DNA from: Enhydrobacter sp. | Lineage (GTDB): Bacteria > Pseudomonadota > Alphaproteobacteria > Reyranellales > Reyranellaceae | DNA length: 64,000 nt | NCBI RefSeq assembly: GCF_030246845.1 | Contig: NZ_CP126889.1 | Span: 2,586,995 to 2,650,994, forward strand | Direction: 5' to 3' | Part shown: piece by piece, positions 16,860 to 27,320 of the stretch | How the letters are laid out: every line of letters begins with the position of its first letter | How positions within the stretch are numbered: the first letter of the stretch is position 1 | The notes under the pieces: generated by a model | What the model saw: the letters and a program-made list of their open reading frames with translations, nothing else | Database searches by the model: none | What the model was told of the DNA's origin: nothing | Program-made: the position numbers and the translations under genes

Positions 16860-19800
16860 ATGAGCCCTTCCAAGCGCAACAAGCTCCTGGTCGGCGGGGG
16901 TGGCGCCCTCCTGCTGATCGTCGTGGCCTTGCTGGTCGCGCCTTCTTTCATCGATCTCGACGGCTACAAGGCGCAGATCGCGGCCGAAGTGAAGAAGGCG
17001 ACGGGACGCGACCTCGTGATCGATGGTCCCATGAGCCTGTCCCTGCTGCCGACGCCCAGCGTCAGCGTCACCGGCGTTCGCTTCTTCAACATGCCGGGCG
17101 CCAGGAATCCGACCATGGTCGAGGTCAAGTCCGTGACCGTCCGGCCCTCGCTGCTCGCGCTGGTGACAGGCGGTCTCGAAGTGAGCGAGGTGGTTCTCGA
17201 CAAACCAAAGATCGTGCTCGAGATCAATGCCGAGGGAAAGCCGAACTGGGAATTCACGCCGTCGGTCGGCGAGGCCAGACCGGCGGCGCCCAAGCCCACC
17301 TCGCCCAAGCCGCTGTCGCTGGGGGCGCTCACTTTCAAGGACGGGACGCTGATTTTCAGCGATTCGAAGGCGGGCATCTCGGTCGTCGCCGAACACGCCA
17401 ATCTCACGGCCTCGGTCGGCTCGGTAGACGGGCCTTACGGGCTGGTCGGCAGCGCCACCCTCAACGGCTCGCCGCTCACCTTCGATCTCGAGGTCGGCGC
17501 CAAGGGCAACAACGGTCACGCGGCCAACGTGAACCTGTCGGGCGGCGGCGGCCGGCTCGCCTTCAAGGGCAACCTCAGCGCCCTCGGGCCCGACGCACAT
17601 CTTTCCGGGACGGCCAATGTCTCGGCCGATTCGCTCACGACGTTCGTCACGACATTGCTCGGCATGGCGGGCCAGCCGGCGCCTGAGCTGCCGCCGCTGC
17701 TCGCCGGCAAGTTCAGCTTCGAAGGTGGAATCGCTGCTTCGCAAAGCACCTTCGCCGCCAGGGACTTCAAGGTCATGCTGGGACAGGACGGCGGCTCGGG
17801 TTCGCTGGCGGTCACCCTCGAGCCCGCGCTTGCCATCGACGGCAAGCTTTCGGCGCCCAAGCTCGATCTCGATGCCTGGCTCGCCGCTCTGTCTCGTCCC
17901 GCCGCCCAGGCGACAACGAAAAACGCCCCGGCTTCGCCGGCACCGGCAGCGGCAAAGCCCGGGACGGGCGGCAGCCTGTTGGCCGCGTTGAATGCCAAGC
18001 TTGCGATCGATGTCGGCGAGATCGTCTATCACAAGCAAGCGGTGCGCGACGTGGCGCTCGACCTCGAGGCCCGAGGCGGTGCCGTGGCGGTGCCCAAGCT
18101 CAGCGCCACCCTGCCGGGCGACATGCGGGTAACTGCCCATTCGGTTCTCTCGGGCGATGCAGCGCGTCCGACCGCGGCCGGGGAGTTCAGCCTCGTCGCG
18201 CCGAGGCTGCGCGAGACGCTGAACTGGCTCGCGGTCGACGTCTCGTCCCTGCCACCCGACAGGCTGACGCGACTGAGCGTCAAAGGGCGAATGGCGTCGA
18301 CCAACGGCGAGGTGCAGGTTCCCGAGGCCGCGATCGAGCTCGACAATCTCAAGGCTACGGGCGGTCTGACGGTAACCTTCAGCGTGCCCCTCTCGGTGGT
18401 CACCCACGTCCAGCTCGACACCTTCGATCTCGATGCCTTCCTCGCCGTGCCTGCCACCGGCGAGAAGGCGCCTGCCCGGGCGGCATCGAGCCCGTCGACC
18501 TCGACGACGCCGGAAAGGAAGGCGCCGGCGGGACCCAGCCTCGGCATGAAGGCCAGGATCGGCAAGCTGATCTATAAGAAGCAGCCGATCAGCGACGTCG
18601 CGCTCGATGTCGCCTTGCAGGGCGACACGCTGCGGCTGAACGAGATCAAGGTCTCCAATTTCGCTACCGCCCGCTTCGCCGTGCGTGGCATCGTCTCCGA
18701 TTTCGACACGCCGGATCCGCGGCCCGACATCGCCTTCAACTTCGAAGCGACCCAGATGACCGAGGCGCTGAAGGCAGCCGGCGTTCCGGCGCCGGCCAAT
18801 CTCGGTCGCGTGAGCGCGAGCGGCAGCCTTTCGGGTAGCCTGGAGCGACTCGCGCTCAAGGACCTCGCCGTCACGGCCATGGGGGAGAGCGTGAAGGCCG
18901 ACGGCACGCTCGCGATGCCGGGCGCGGCGAAAGGCATGCCTCAGTCGGTCGGCTACAGGGGCAACATCGTCCTGAACGGCCAGGCGATCGAGGCGACGGT
19001 CGATGCCCGGCTCGCCGGACGTCCCAATGTCACCACCACCCTCAAGACGGCGCTGCTCGATCTCGACAAGCTTCGCGGCGCCTCCGGCGGCAAGCCCGCG
19101 CCGGCGCCCGGCCGACCGACGGCCAAAGCCGCCGACGAGCCGATCGACACGGCGGCTCTGCGCAGCATCGACGGCACGCTGACGCTCGAGGCCGCGGCGT
19201 TGGTGAGCGCGCCGCTGCGTCTCACCAATGCGAATCTCGGGGCGACGCTCAAGGACGGCGTGCTGACGCTCAGCCACTTCAAGGGTGGGCTGTTCGGCGG
19301 GACGCTCGATCTCTCGGGTGTCGTCAATGCCAGCCAGCCGGCGCTCACTTTCGACATCAAGGGCGGCGCCCAGAACATCTACGTCGGTGAGATGCTGCGC
19401 AGCATGTCCGGCAAGAACGTCTTCGGCGGCACCGTGAAAATCACCGTCGACGGCAAGCTGAATGCCGACAGCCTTGCCCTGAAGGGGGCCGGCGCGACCG
19501 CCGGGCAGATCAAGAAGTCCCTCTCCGGCGGAGCGCAGCTTGGCGGCCACATCTATGCCGGCGCGGACAAGGCGCTCACGACGCTCGGCACGGCGGCGAC
19601 CGGCATCGTGGGCGGCGTGATCGACAATACCCTCGGCTCCGCGCTCGGCATCGTCGGGCAGACCGCGGGCGCCGGTGTCAGCAACATGCTGAATGCCGCC
19701 TCGCTGATCCTCAATCGCTTCGTCAATCGCGACAATCCGGTCTCCGGCCGGATCGACATCTCGGGTGGCGTGCTCACCGACAAGGGGCTGGTCGTCCAGG

Positions 19801-20084
19801 GCGACCGGGCGACCGCCAACGTCGCGACCCGCACTGATCTCGCGAGCGCCACCACCGACACGCGGGTGAACTTCGTGATCGCGGAGGATACATCTGCCCC
19901 CTACATCGTCGCGACGGTGCGCGGCCCGCTCGCCTCGCCGTCGTATGGCGTGTCGCGCGGCAGCGCCAAGGACCCGCCGGGTTTCGTCAATACCCTGGAG
20001 AAAGGCGTGACAGCGCCGGCCCGCACGATCCTGCCCAACGTGCCGGTCCCCAGTCTTCCCATCCCCAACATTTTCGGTCGCTGA
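16860..20084 (+). CDS. AsmA family protein
   Basis: N-terminal anchor helix, PSFIDL..YKAQIAAEVKKATGR.LVIDG AsmA start; beta-rich body. Confidence 0.85.
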   Translation: MSPSKRNKLLVGGGGALLLIVVALLVAPSFIDLDGYKAQIAAEVKKATGRDLVIDGPMSLSLLPTPSVSVTGVRFFNMPGARNPTMVEVKSVTVRPSLLALVTGGLEVSEVVLDKPKIVLEINAEGKPNWEFTPSVGEARPAAPKPTSPKPLSLGALTFKDGTLIFSDSKAGISVVAEHANLTASVGSVDGPYGLVGSATLNGSPLTFDLEVGAKGNNGHAANVNLSGGGGRLAFKGNLSALGPDAHLSGTANVSADSLTTFVTTLLGMAGQPAPELPPLLAGKFSFEGGIAASQSTFAARDFKVMLGQDGGSGSLAVTLEPALAIDGKLSAPKLDLDAWLAALSRPAAQATTKNAPASPAPAAAKPGTGGSLLAALNAKLAIDVGEIVYHKQAVRDVALDLEARGGAVAVPKLSATLPGDMRVTAHSVLSGDAARPTAAGEFSLVAPRLRETLNWLAVDVSSLPPDRLTRLSVKGRMASTNGEVQVPEAAIELDNLKATGGLTVTFSVPLSVVTHVQLDTFDLDAFLAVPATGEKAPARAASSPSTSTTPERKAPAGPSLGMKARIGKLIYKKQPISDVALDVALQGDTLRLNEIKVSNFATARFAVRGIVSDFDTPDPRPDIAFNFEATQMTEALKAAGVPAPANLGRVSASGSLSGSLERLALKDLAVTAMGESVKADGTLAMPGAAKGMPQSVGYRGNIVLNGQAIEATVDARLAGRPNVTTTLKTALLDLDKLRGASGGKPAPAPGRPTAKAADEPIDTAALRSIDGTLTLEAAALVSAPLRLTNANLGATLKDGVLTLSHFKGGLFGGTLDLSGVVNASQPALTFDIKGGAQNIYVGEMLRSMSGKNVFGGTVKITVDGKLNADSLALKGAGATAGQIKKSLSGGAQLGGHIYAGADKALTTLGTAATGIVGGVIDNTLGSALGIVGQTAGAGVSNMLNAASLILNRFVNRDNPVSGRIDISGGVLTDKGLVVQGDRATANVATRTDLASATTDTRVNFVIAEDTSAPYIVATVRGPLASPSYGVSRGSAKDPPGFVNTLEKGVTAPARTILPNVPVPSLPIPNIFGR

Positions 20085-20092
20085 GGGATACC

Positions 20093-20923
20093 TTGATCGA
20101 ACGACTGCTCACGGCGCTCAAGGCGCGATTCGGCTCCGCGCCGCCCCTTGCCGAGGCGCCACACGGCGTCGACGTCCTGGCCGACATGGCCGACCGGCGC
20201 GTGATGCGCCGCTACCTCGACAAGCCGGTCGATCCGGCGCTGGTCGAGACTCTCTGCGCGGTGGCGCTGTCGGCACCGTCCAAGAGCGACCTGCAGCAGG
20301 CAGATATCGTCATCGTCGGCGATCGGGCGCAGCGGGAGAAACTCGAGGCGCTGCTGCCCGACAATCCCTGGGTGAAGGCGGCGCCGGTCTTCCTGGTGTT
20401 CTGCGCCAACAACCGGCGCCATCGCCTGCTCTACGCCTGGCGGGACCAGCCGTTCGTGAACGATCATCTCGATCCGTTCTTCAACGCCTCGGTCGATGCG
20501 GGCATCGTGCTGGCGACCTTCGTTGCCGCGGCGGATCGGGTGGGGCTCGGCACCTGCCCGATCAGCGCCATCCGCAACCATCCCGAGGCGGTTTCGGACA
20601 TACTGGGCCTGCCCGACCATGTGTTGCCGGTCGCGGCGCTGGGGGCTGGCTGGCCATCCTTTGCGGGCGTCATGAGCCCGCGGCTCGGCCTCGATGTCAC
20701 GATTCATCATGACCGGTATGACGAGAGCGGCCTGCGCGCGAAGATCGCCGCCTACGACCGGCGCCGGATGGCCGTGCAGCCCTACAAGACGCAGCGCTTT
20801 CCGGAAAAGTTCGGACAGAGCGACAGTTATGGCTGGTCCGAGGACAAGGTCCGGCAATATTCGGTGCCCGAGCGGGCGGGATTCGGCGCTTTCGTGCGCC
20901 GCAAGGGATTCAGGCTCGATTGA
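20093..20923 (+). CDS. Nitroreductase (NfsA/FRP family)
   Basis: RR..R.YLDKPV, APSKSDLQQ, D.F.NASVDA and GLGTCPISAIRN motifs. Confidence 0.85.
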   Translation: MIERLLTALKARFGSAPPLAEAPHGVDVLADMADRRVMRRYLDKPVDPALVETLCAVALSAPSKSDLQQADIVIVGDRAQREKLEALLPDNPWVKAAPVFLVFCANNRRHRLLYAWRDQPFVNDHLDPFFNASVDAGIVLATFVAAADRVGLGTCPISAIRNHPEAVSDILGLPDHVLPVAALGAGWPSFAGVMSPRLGLDVTIHHDRYDESGLRAKIAAYDRRRMAVQPYKTQRFPEKFGQSDSYGWSEDKVRQYSVPERAGFGAFVRRKGFRLD

Positions 20924-21128
20924 GGCGGCGGCGCAACGTCTCCAGCACATGCAGGCGCAGCGCGCTCGAGAGATTGCCCGAACGGCCGCGCGCCCGATCG
21001 ATTTCGGCCACCAGTGCGTTGAGGGACAGGCTGCGCGCCCCGGCAATTGCCGAGAGCTCCTCCCAGAAGCCGTCTTCCAGCGAGATGCTGGTGCGGTGGC
21101 CATCGATCGTGATCGAGCGTTTGCGCAT
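20910..21128 (-). CDS. Ribbon-helix-helix domain protein
   Basis: KRSITIDGHRTSISLEDGFW...NLSSALRLHVL; alternative start at 21140. Confidence 0.85.
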   Translation of the reverse strand: MRKRSITIDGHRTSISLEDGFWEELSAIAGARSLSLNALVAEIDRARGRSGNLSSALRLHVLETLRRRLNRA

Positions 21129-21180
21129 CCTCTGTCCCATCGGGCGACTGTGACAGCGGCAGGAAGACGGCTCAACCCGC

Positions 21181-21209
21181 CTTGCGGGAGACACAGCCCC
21201 TGCGTATAT
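21181..21209 (+). promoter_or_regulatory. Putative sigma70 promoter of typA
   Basis: CTTG-N20-TATAT, the alphaproteobacterial RpoD-like spacing. Confidence 0.45.
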
Positions 21210-21241
21210 ACCGCCGCTCGCAAACCCCTCCGGAAGACAAG

Positions 21242-23074
21242 ATGGACATCCGCAACGTCGCGATCATCGCGCACGTCGATCATGGCAAGACGACGCTGGT
21301 GGACTGCCTGCTGAAGCAGAGCGGCACGTTCCGCGAGAACCAGCAGGTGGCCGAACGCGCCATGGACTCCAACGACCTCGAGCGCGAGCGCGGCATCACC
21401 ATCCTCGCCAAGGCGACATCGGTCGTCTGGAAGGGCACGCGCATCAACATCGTCGATACCCCCGGTCACGCCGATTTCGGCGGCGAGGTCGAGCGCATCC
21501 TGTCGATGGTCGATGGCGTGGTGCTGCTGGTCGATGCCGCCGAAGGCCCCTTGCCGCAGACCAAGTTCGTGCTGGGCAAGGCGCTCCGGCTCGGCCTCAG
21601 GCCGATCGTGCTGATCAACAAGGTCGACCGCTCCGACGCCCGTCCGCACCAGGTGCACGACGAGGTGTTCGACCTCTTCGCCGCGCTCGACGCCAGCGAC
21701 GAGCAGCTCGACTTCCCGACGCTCTTCGCTTCGGCCCGACAAGGCTGGGCTGCCAGGTCGCTCGAGGCCGAGCACAAGGACATGGAGCCGCTGTTCGACC
21801 TCATCCTGCGCCATGTGCCGGCGCCCGAGGTCGATGCAGAGCCGGCGTTCCGTATGCTGGTGACGACGCTCGAGTCCGATCCCTTCCTGGGGCGCATCCT
21901 GACCGGGCGCATCCAGTCGGGCACCGTCCGGCCCAACACCACGCTGAAGGCGCTGAACGGCAAGGGCGAGAAGATCGAGGAGGCGCGCGTCACCAAGCTT
22001 CTGGCGTTCCGCGGCCTGGAGCGCCAGCCGATCGAGCAGGCGGAGGCCGGCGACATCGTGGCGGTCGCGGGCTTCAAGACCGCGACCGTGGCCGACACGC
22101 TGGGCGACCTCGAGGTCGAGACGGCCCTGCCGGCCCAGCCGGTCGATCCGCCGACGCTCGCGATGAATTTCATGGTGAACGACTCGCCGCTCGCCGGCCG
22201 CGAGGGCGACAAGGTCACCACCCGTATGATCCGGGCCCGCCTGATGCGCGAGGCCGAGGGCAATGTCGCGATCCGCGTGCGCGACACCGAGAATGCCGAT
22301 ACCTACGAGGTCGCCGGCCGCGGCGAGCTGCAGCTCGGCGTGCTCATCGAGACCATGCGCCGCGAGGGCTTCGAGCTCGCGGTCGGCCGGCCGCGCGTCC
22401 TCTTCCAGGCCGATCCGGCAACCGGCCAGCGGCTGGAGCCAATCGAGGAAGTCGTGATCGATGTCGACGATGCCTATACCGGCGTCGTGGTGGAGCAGAT
22501 CTCGCTGCGCAAGGGCGAGCTGCAGGAGATGCGGCCGTCGGGCGCCGGCAAGACGCGGCTCGTCTTCCATGCGCCTTCCCGCGGGCTGATCGGCTATCAC
22601 GGCGAGTTCCTGACCGACACGCGCGGCACCGGGGTGATGAACCGGCTCTTCCACGAATACGGCCCCTATCGCGGTTCGATCGCCGGCCGGCGCAACGGGG
22701 CGCTGATCGCCAATGCCGAGGGCGTGTCGGTCGCCTATGCGATGTGGAATCTCGAGGAGCGCGGGCCGATGTTCATCGATCCGGGCGTGTCGGTCTACGG
22801 GGGGATGATCGTGGGCGAGCACAGCCGCGGCAACGACCTCGAGGTCAATGTGCTCAAGGGCAAGCAGCTTACGAACATCCGGGCGGCCGGCAAGGACGAG
22901 GCCGTCCGCCTCACGCCGCCGCGCAAGATGTCGCTCGAGCAGGCGATCGCCTATATCGAGGAAGACGAGCTGGTCGAGATCACGCCCAGGTCGATTCGCC
23001 TGCGCAAGCGCTTCCTCAATCCCGAGGACCGCAAGCGGGCGAAGAAGCAGGCACAGGCGGCCGCTGCGGAGTAA
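21242..23074 (+). CDS. typA: Translational GTPase TypA/BipA
   Basis: [39 protein letters not shown] and [12 protein letters not shown] motifs. Confidence 0.97.
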   Translation: MDIRNVAIIAHVDHGKTTLVDCLLKQSGTFRENQQVAERAMDSNDLERERGITILAKATSVVWKGTRINIVDTPGHADFGGEVERILSMVDGVVLLVDAAEGPLPQTKFVLGKALRLGLRPIVLINKVDRSDARPHQVHDEVFDLFAALDASDEQLDFPTLFASARQGWAARSLEAEHKDMEPLFDLILRHVPAPEVDAEPAFRMLVTTLESDPFLGRILTGRIQSGTVRPNTTLKALNGKGEKIEEARVTKLLAFRGLERQPIEQAEAGDIVAVAGFKTATVADTLGDLEVETALPAQPVDPPTLAMNFMVNDSPLAGREGDKVTTRMIRARLMREAEGNVAIRVRDTENADTYEVAGRGELQLGVLIETMRREGFELAVGRPRVLFQADPATGQRLEPIEEVVIDVDDAYTGVVVEQISLRKGELQEMRPSGAGKTRLVFHAPSRGLIGYHGEFLTDTRGTGVMNRLFHEYGPYRGSIAGRRNGALIANAEGVSVAYAMWNLEERGPMFIDPGVSVYGGMIVGEHSRGNDLEVNVLKGKQLTNIRAAGKDEAVRLTPPRKMSLEQAIAYIEEDELVEITPRSIRLRKRFLNPEDRKRAKKQAQAAAAE

Positions 23075-23085
23075 TCGTCGCAGCG

Positions 23086-23107
23086 CCCTTCGGCTTCGCT
23101 CAGGACA
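23086..23107. repeat. Degenerate REP-like half element
   Basis: CCCTTCGGCTTCGCTCAGGACA resembles the family C right arm. Confidence 0.4.
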
Positions 23108-23153
23108 GATGCCACTTGCTCATTCCCGAAGGTCTGCGCTTGGCTGATGACGA

Positions 23154-23203
23154 ACTCCAGTGGCGCAATCATGCGCGCCACTGGACGGGCGCGCTCCCTT
23201 GAG
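23154..23203. repeat. REP-like palindrome, family A
   Basis: ACTCCAGTGGCGC inverted to GCGCCACTGGA; 23170-23203 matches 9263-9296 at 29 of 34 positions. Confidence 0.75.
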
Positions 23204-23208
23204 GAAGA

Positions 23209-23886
23209 TTACAGCTTTCCGCCCGTCAAGCTCGCGCGCTGGCTGATCTCGATGTGGTTGCCGTCGGGATCGTAGACGAAGGCGAAGCGCACCGTGTCGC
23301 CCAGGATCCGCGGCGCGCCGCCCGACGTGCCGCCGCGCGCCAGGATGCCCTCGTATTCGGCGATGCAGTCCCACACCTGGACCGTCGTGTAGCGGTAGCC
23401 GGGCCCACGCCATTCGGCGCTGCGTTCGACCGGTCCCTGCTCGGCGATCACGATCAGGGAATCGCCGCAACGATAGCGGCCGTCGCCGACGCGCTCGTAT
23501 TGCATGGCCTGCGTCCAGAAGCGGTCGTGGGCCGTGGGGTCGTTCGAGCGCAGCAGAATGGCGATGCCCTGGACGCCGTCATACCCCTTCGGCACCAGCA
23601 TGACCTTGTTGCCGTCGGGATCGGTGAGGGCGCGCGGCGCGGCCAGTCCGTCGCGCGCGATCTGCAGGCCGACGATGCCGGACGGCGCCAGCGCGGGCAG
23701 GGGACTGCGCGCGTGGTTCATCTTCAGGATCGAGCCGTTCATGTGGTGGCGGTGCTGCTGCACGCCGCCGCCCAGCTTGCCCATGTGGTCATAGGGAAGC
23801 CCGACCGTCTGCTGCCAGAAGGTGAGCTGCTCGTCGCGCTTGTTGGAGAACAGGCCGACATCGAGATGCGGTTTGGCAAGCTGCAT
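23209..23886 (-). CDS. VOC (glyoxalase-like) family protein
   Basis: Two glyoxalase-type repeats, ending FVYDPDGNHIEISQ. Confidence 0.8.
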   Translation of the reverse strand: MQLAKPHLDVGLFSNKRDEQLTFWQQTVGLPYDHMGKLGGGVQQHRHHMNGSILKMNHARSPLPALAPSGIVGLQIARDGLAAPRALTDPDGNKVMLVPKGYDGVQGIAILLRSNDPTAHDRFWTQAMQYERVGDGRYRCGDSLIVIAEQGPVERSAEWRGPGYRYTTVQVWDCIAEYEGILARGGTSGGAPRILGDTVRFAFVYDPDGNHIEISQRASLTGGKL

Positions 23887-24026
23887 GATCACGACTTTGA
23901 TTTGGCGTTGATACAAACCATACAAAGGCCGGTCGGACTTGCCCATATGCCGGTTGCTAGAACGACCCCCGGGCGCAGGGGCCGGCGGATGGGGATCCGC
24001 CGCGTCGATAGTGGGAAGGGTCTGTC

Positions 24027-24572
24027 ATGGTTCGCGCCATCATCGGCACGATCGCCGTGCTCGCCGGCTTCGCCGTGGTCGAGACGGCGACCGATGCCGG
24101 CACCGGTCCGGCCGGTTCATGCAATACGACCGAGGTCTATGCCCTGCTGCGACCCGGCGAACCGGTGCCGGTGCGCGCGTCGCCGACGCCGGAGGGGGCG
24201 GTGCTGGGCACGCTCGCGGTCCGGGAAACGTCGGGCGATGTGGTGCAGTCGATCGTGACGCTGACCGGCAGCAAGAAGGGGTGGGCGCGGATCGCCTTGG
24301 ACTCCCGGGACTACACTGCCGCCGAAGGCAAGCGGCACGCCTATGGCTGGGTGCCTGCCGATCTCTTGACGGTGGACACGCCGCTCGACGGCACGGTGGT
24401 CGTCTACAGCCATCCCGGCCTGCTGGGCGAGCCGATCGGCCGCATCGAGAGCGAGGACCAGACGTTCCGCGTGCTCGGCTGCCGGGGCGCTCTTCTGCGG
24501 GTCATCAACGCGCAGCAAGGCAATGTCTGGATCGACCGCTGGTGCGTCCGGGGCACCGGCTGCGGCCGCTGA
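24027..24572 (+). CDS. Exported hypothetical protein with probable tandem SH3-like domains
   Basis: Hydrophobic N-terminus; VPVRASP...VLGTL, GWARI and GWVP patterns; Cys pairs near the C-terminus. Confidence 0.6.
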   Translation: MVRAIIGTIAVLAGFAVVETATDAGTGPAGSCNTTEVYALLRPGEPVPVRASPTPEGAVLGTLAVRETSGDVVQSIVTLTGSKKGWARIALDSRDYTAAEGKRHAYGWVPADLLTVDTPLDGTVVVYSHPGLLGEPIGRIESEDQTFRVLGCRGALLRVINAQQGNVWIDRWCVRGTGCGR

Positions 24573-24591
24573 ACGGCGGTCCTTCGCCCGA

Positions 24592-26208
24592 TCAGATCTT
24601 CAGTTCGCTGAAAAAGTCGTTGCCCTTGTCGTCGGTGACGATGAAGGCGGGGAAGTTCTCGACCTGGATGCGCCAGATCGCTTCCATGCCGAGCTCGGGA
24701 TATTCCAGCACCTCGACTTTCCGGATGCAGTTCTTGGCCAGGATCGCGGCCGGCCCGCCGATCGAGCCGAGATAGAAACCTTTGTGCTTCCTGCAGGCGT
24801 CGACGACCTGTCGGCTGCGGTTGCCCTTGGCCAGCATCACCATCGAGCCGCCGTTGGCCTGGAACAGGTCGACGTAGGAGTCCATGCGGCCGGCCGTGGT
24901 CGGGCCGAACGAGCCCGACGGCATGCCCTCCGGCGTCTTGGCCGGGCCGGCATAGTAGACCGGGAACTGCTTGAAATAGTCCGGCAGGCCTTCGCCGCGG
25001 TCGAGCCGCTCCTTGAGCTTGGCATGCGCGGCATCGCGGGCGACGATCAGCGTGCCGCTAAGGTTCACGCGCGTCTTCACCGGATGCCTGATCAGCACCG
25101 AGAGAGTGTGGGCCATGCCCTTGTCGAGGTCGACCGAGACCACGCTGCCGGAAAGCTGCTGCGGCTCGACTTCGGGCAGATAGTGCGCCGGATTGGTCTC
25201 GAGCTGCTCGAGGAAGATGCCGTCCCGGGTGATCTTGCCCAGCGCCTGGCGGTCGGCGGAGCAGGAGACGCCGAGCCCGATCGGCACCGAGGCGCCATGC
25301 CGCGCGATGCGGATGACACGGACATCGTGGCAGAAATACTTGCCGCCGAACTGCGCCCCGATTCCCATCTGGCGCGTGAGCTCGAGCACCTTGCGCTCCA
25401 TGTCGCGATCGCGGATCGCGACGCCCCTGTCGTTGCCCTCGCCCGGCAGGTCGTCAAGATAGCGCGTCGAGGCGAGTTTCACCGTCTTGAGGTTCATTTC
25501 CGCCGACGTGCCGCCGATCACGATGGCGAGGTGATAGGGCGGACAGGCCGCCGTGCCGAGCGTCCTGATCTGGGTGTCGAGGAACTTGAGCAGCGCCGCC
25601 TCGTTCAGCACTGCCGGCGTCTGCTGGTAGAGATAGCTCTTGTTGGCCGAGCCGCCGCCCTTGGCGACGAACAGGAACTTGTAGGCGTCGCCGTCGGTTG
25701 CGTAGATATCGATCTGCGCCGGGAGGTTGGTGCCGGTCTGCACCTCCTTGAACATCGAGATCGGCGAGACCTGGCTGTAGCGCAGGTTGGTCTCGGTGTA
25801 GGTCTTGAACACGCCCCTGGCGATCGCCGCTTCGTCACCGCCGCCGGTCCAGACGGCCTGTCCTTTCTTGCCCATCACGATCGCGGTGCCGGTGTCCTGG
25901 CACATCGGCAGCACGCCGCCGGCGGCGATGTTGGCGTTCTTCAGCAGCTCGAGCGCCACGTACCTGTCGTTCGGGGACGCTTCCGGATCGTCGAGGATCG
26001 CGCGGAGCTGGGCGAGATGGCCCGGTCGCAGAAGATGGGAAATGTCGTGAAAGGCGGCGGCGGTGAGAAGCGTCAGGGCCTCGGGCTCGACCGTCAGCAC
26101 CTCGCGGCCGTTGAATTTCGCCGTGCCGACGAAGTCGGACGAGAGCTTGCGGTAGGGTGTGGCGTCCCTGCCGCTCGGGAACATCTCCTGGAACTGGAAC
26201 TCGGGCAT
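24592..26208 (-). CDS. Class I (Fe-S) fumarate hydratase
   Basis: [41 protein letters not shown] and GSIGGPAA motifs; start at [10 protein letters not shown]. Confidence 0.95.
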   Translation of the reverse strand: MPEFQFQEMFPSGRDATPYRKLSSDFVGTAKFNGREVLTVEPEALTLLTAAAFHDISHLLRPGHLAQLRAILDDPEASPNDRYVALELLKNANIAAGGVLPMCQDTGTAIVMGKKGQAVWTGGGDEAAIARGVFKTYTETNLRYSQVSPISMFKEVQTGTNLPAQIDIYATDGDAYKFLFVAKGGGSANKSYLYQQTPAVLNEAALLKFLDTQIRTLGTAACPPYHLAIVIGGTSAEMNLKTVKLASTRYLDDLPGEGNDRGVAIRDRDMERKVLELTRQMGIGAQFGGKYFCHDVRVIRIARHGASVPIGLGVSCSADRQALGKITRDGIFLEQLETNPAHYLPEVEPQQLSGSVVSVDLDKGMAHTLSVLIRHPVKTRVNLSGTLIVARDAAHAKLKERLDRGEGLPDYFKQFPVYYAGPAKTPEGMPSGSFGPTTAGRMDSYVDLFQANGGSMVMLAKGNRSRQVVDACRKHKGFYLGSIGGPAAILAKNCIRKVEVLEYPELGMEAIWRIQVENFPAFIVTDDKGNDFFSELKI

Positions 26209-26274
26209 GCGACTCTCCTGGCGCGCCTGCTTGGAAGGCGCGCATCCCTGCCGCAAGCTGCGCGCGGCGTCCAG

Positions 26275-26835
26275 CTACTTCTTTCGGAAGGTGTCGAGCT
26301 TGACGACCTTGGAGGCCGGATCCTCCGGCTTACCCTCGGGCTTGCCCTGATCGCCCGCATCCGGCTTGGTTTCGCCGGCTGCACTTTCGCTCCCCGGATT
26401 GCCAGGCGAAGGCCGCTTGTCGGGCGCCGGCAGCGGTGTCGGCGGCGCGGGTTCGGCCTTCTCGGCAGGCGCGCCGGCCTTGTCCTTGCGGTCGAATTGC
26501 AGGCCGAAGCGCACCGACGGATCGACGAAGGCCGAGAGCGCCGCGAACGGCACTTTGATGCGTTCCTGCTGCTTGTTGAAGCTCACGGTCACTTCGAAGG
26601 ACTCGTTCTGGACGATGAGGTCCCAGTACTGGTGCTGCAGGACGATCGTCATCTCCTCCGGGTACTTGGCGCGCAGATAGTCGGGAAGCTGCACGCCCGG
26701 ATCGGCGCTGCGGAAGGAGATGTAGAAGTGATGGGAGCCCGGCAGCCCCTTGTCGGCCACTTGCGTGAGCACGCGGCGCACGACGCTGCGCAGCGCATCG
26801 TCGACGAGAGCGTCGTAGTGGAAGCGATCGTTCAT
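26275..26835 (-). CDS. sspB: ClpXP adaptor SspB (alphaproteobacterial type)
   Basis: GLPGSHHFYISF, YPEEMTIVLQHQYW and C-terminal VVKLDTFRKK ClpX-binding tail. Confidence 0.92.
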   Translation of the reverse strand: MNDRFHYDALVDDALRSVVRRVLTQVADKGLPGSHHFYISFRSADPGVQLPDYLRAKYPEEMTIVLQHQYWDLIVQNESFEVTVSFNKQQERIKVPFAALSAFVDPSVRFGLQFDRKDKAGAPAEKAEPAPPTPLPAPDKRPSPGNPGSESAAGETKPDAGDQGKPEGKPEDPASKVVKLDTFRKK

Positions 26836-26911
26836 GGCTTGCCGGAACTTTCGCGGAGCATCGGCCCGCGTCCCCCGAGAGTCAACGCCGCCGGAATGCG
26901 GCGCGTGGGTG

Positions 26912-27203
26912 CAAAGTGGGAGGGCTTCTGTTGCCCGGTGCCCTCCCGAAACCGCGCTTACGTCCGCTGTTTAGGCGGCAGCAGCGAGTGCAACGTCGTT
27001 ATCGTTGGCACTTGTGAATGGCCCGTTGCGGCGGAACCATACCGGGCAAAAACCGCGCCTTTACCACGCTCGTCGATCCTGTTTCGCCCCCGTCGAACCC
27101 CGTTGGCCGAACGGGGAAGGAATGGTGGAGGCGCCGGGTACCGCCCCCGGGTCCGATACGCTTATTCCACGCGGCGTTTATCGCCATAGTCGGTCTCCCG
27201 ACA
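26912..27203 (-). ncRNA. ssrA: Permuted two-piece tmRNA (outer ends approximate)
   Basis: Minus strand order: GGGGGCGGTACCCGGCGCCTCCACCA ending at 27123, a 31-nt intervening segment, then GGGGGCGAAACAGGATCGAC from 27091. Tag frame 27009-26971 reads ANDNDVALAAAA*; terminal hairpin GGGAGGGC/GCCCTCCC at 26918-26947. Confidence 0.93.
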
Positions 27204-27208
27204 GGCCC

Positions 27209-27237
27209 AATATAGGCAGACGGACCGGCTTTTTGAA
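27209..27237 (-). promoter_or_regulatory. Putative ssrA promoter
   Basis: TTCAAA, 17 nt, TATATT on the minus strand. Confidence 0.55.
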
Positions 27238-27320
27238 GACGACGCAGCCCCCGCCGATTTCCCCATGGCAGGGCCTGTGCCGGGCCCATAGAGTCCGCGA
27301 CCAACAAAGGACAACGAACG

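Noticed and set aside
23895-23915. ATACAAA direct repeat upstream of the VOC gene as a GntR-type operator
   Set aside because: Only two 7-mers, with no regulator nearby, which is insufficient evidence.
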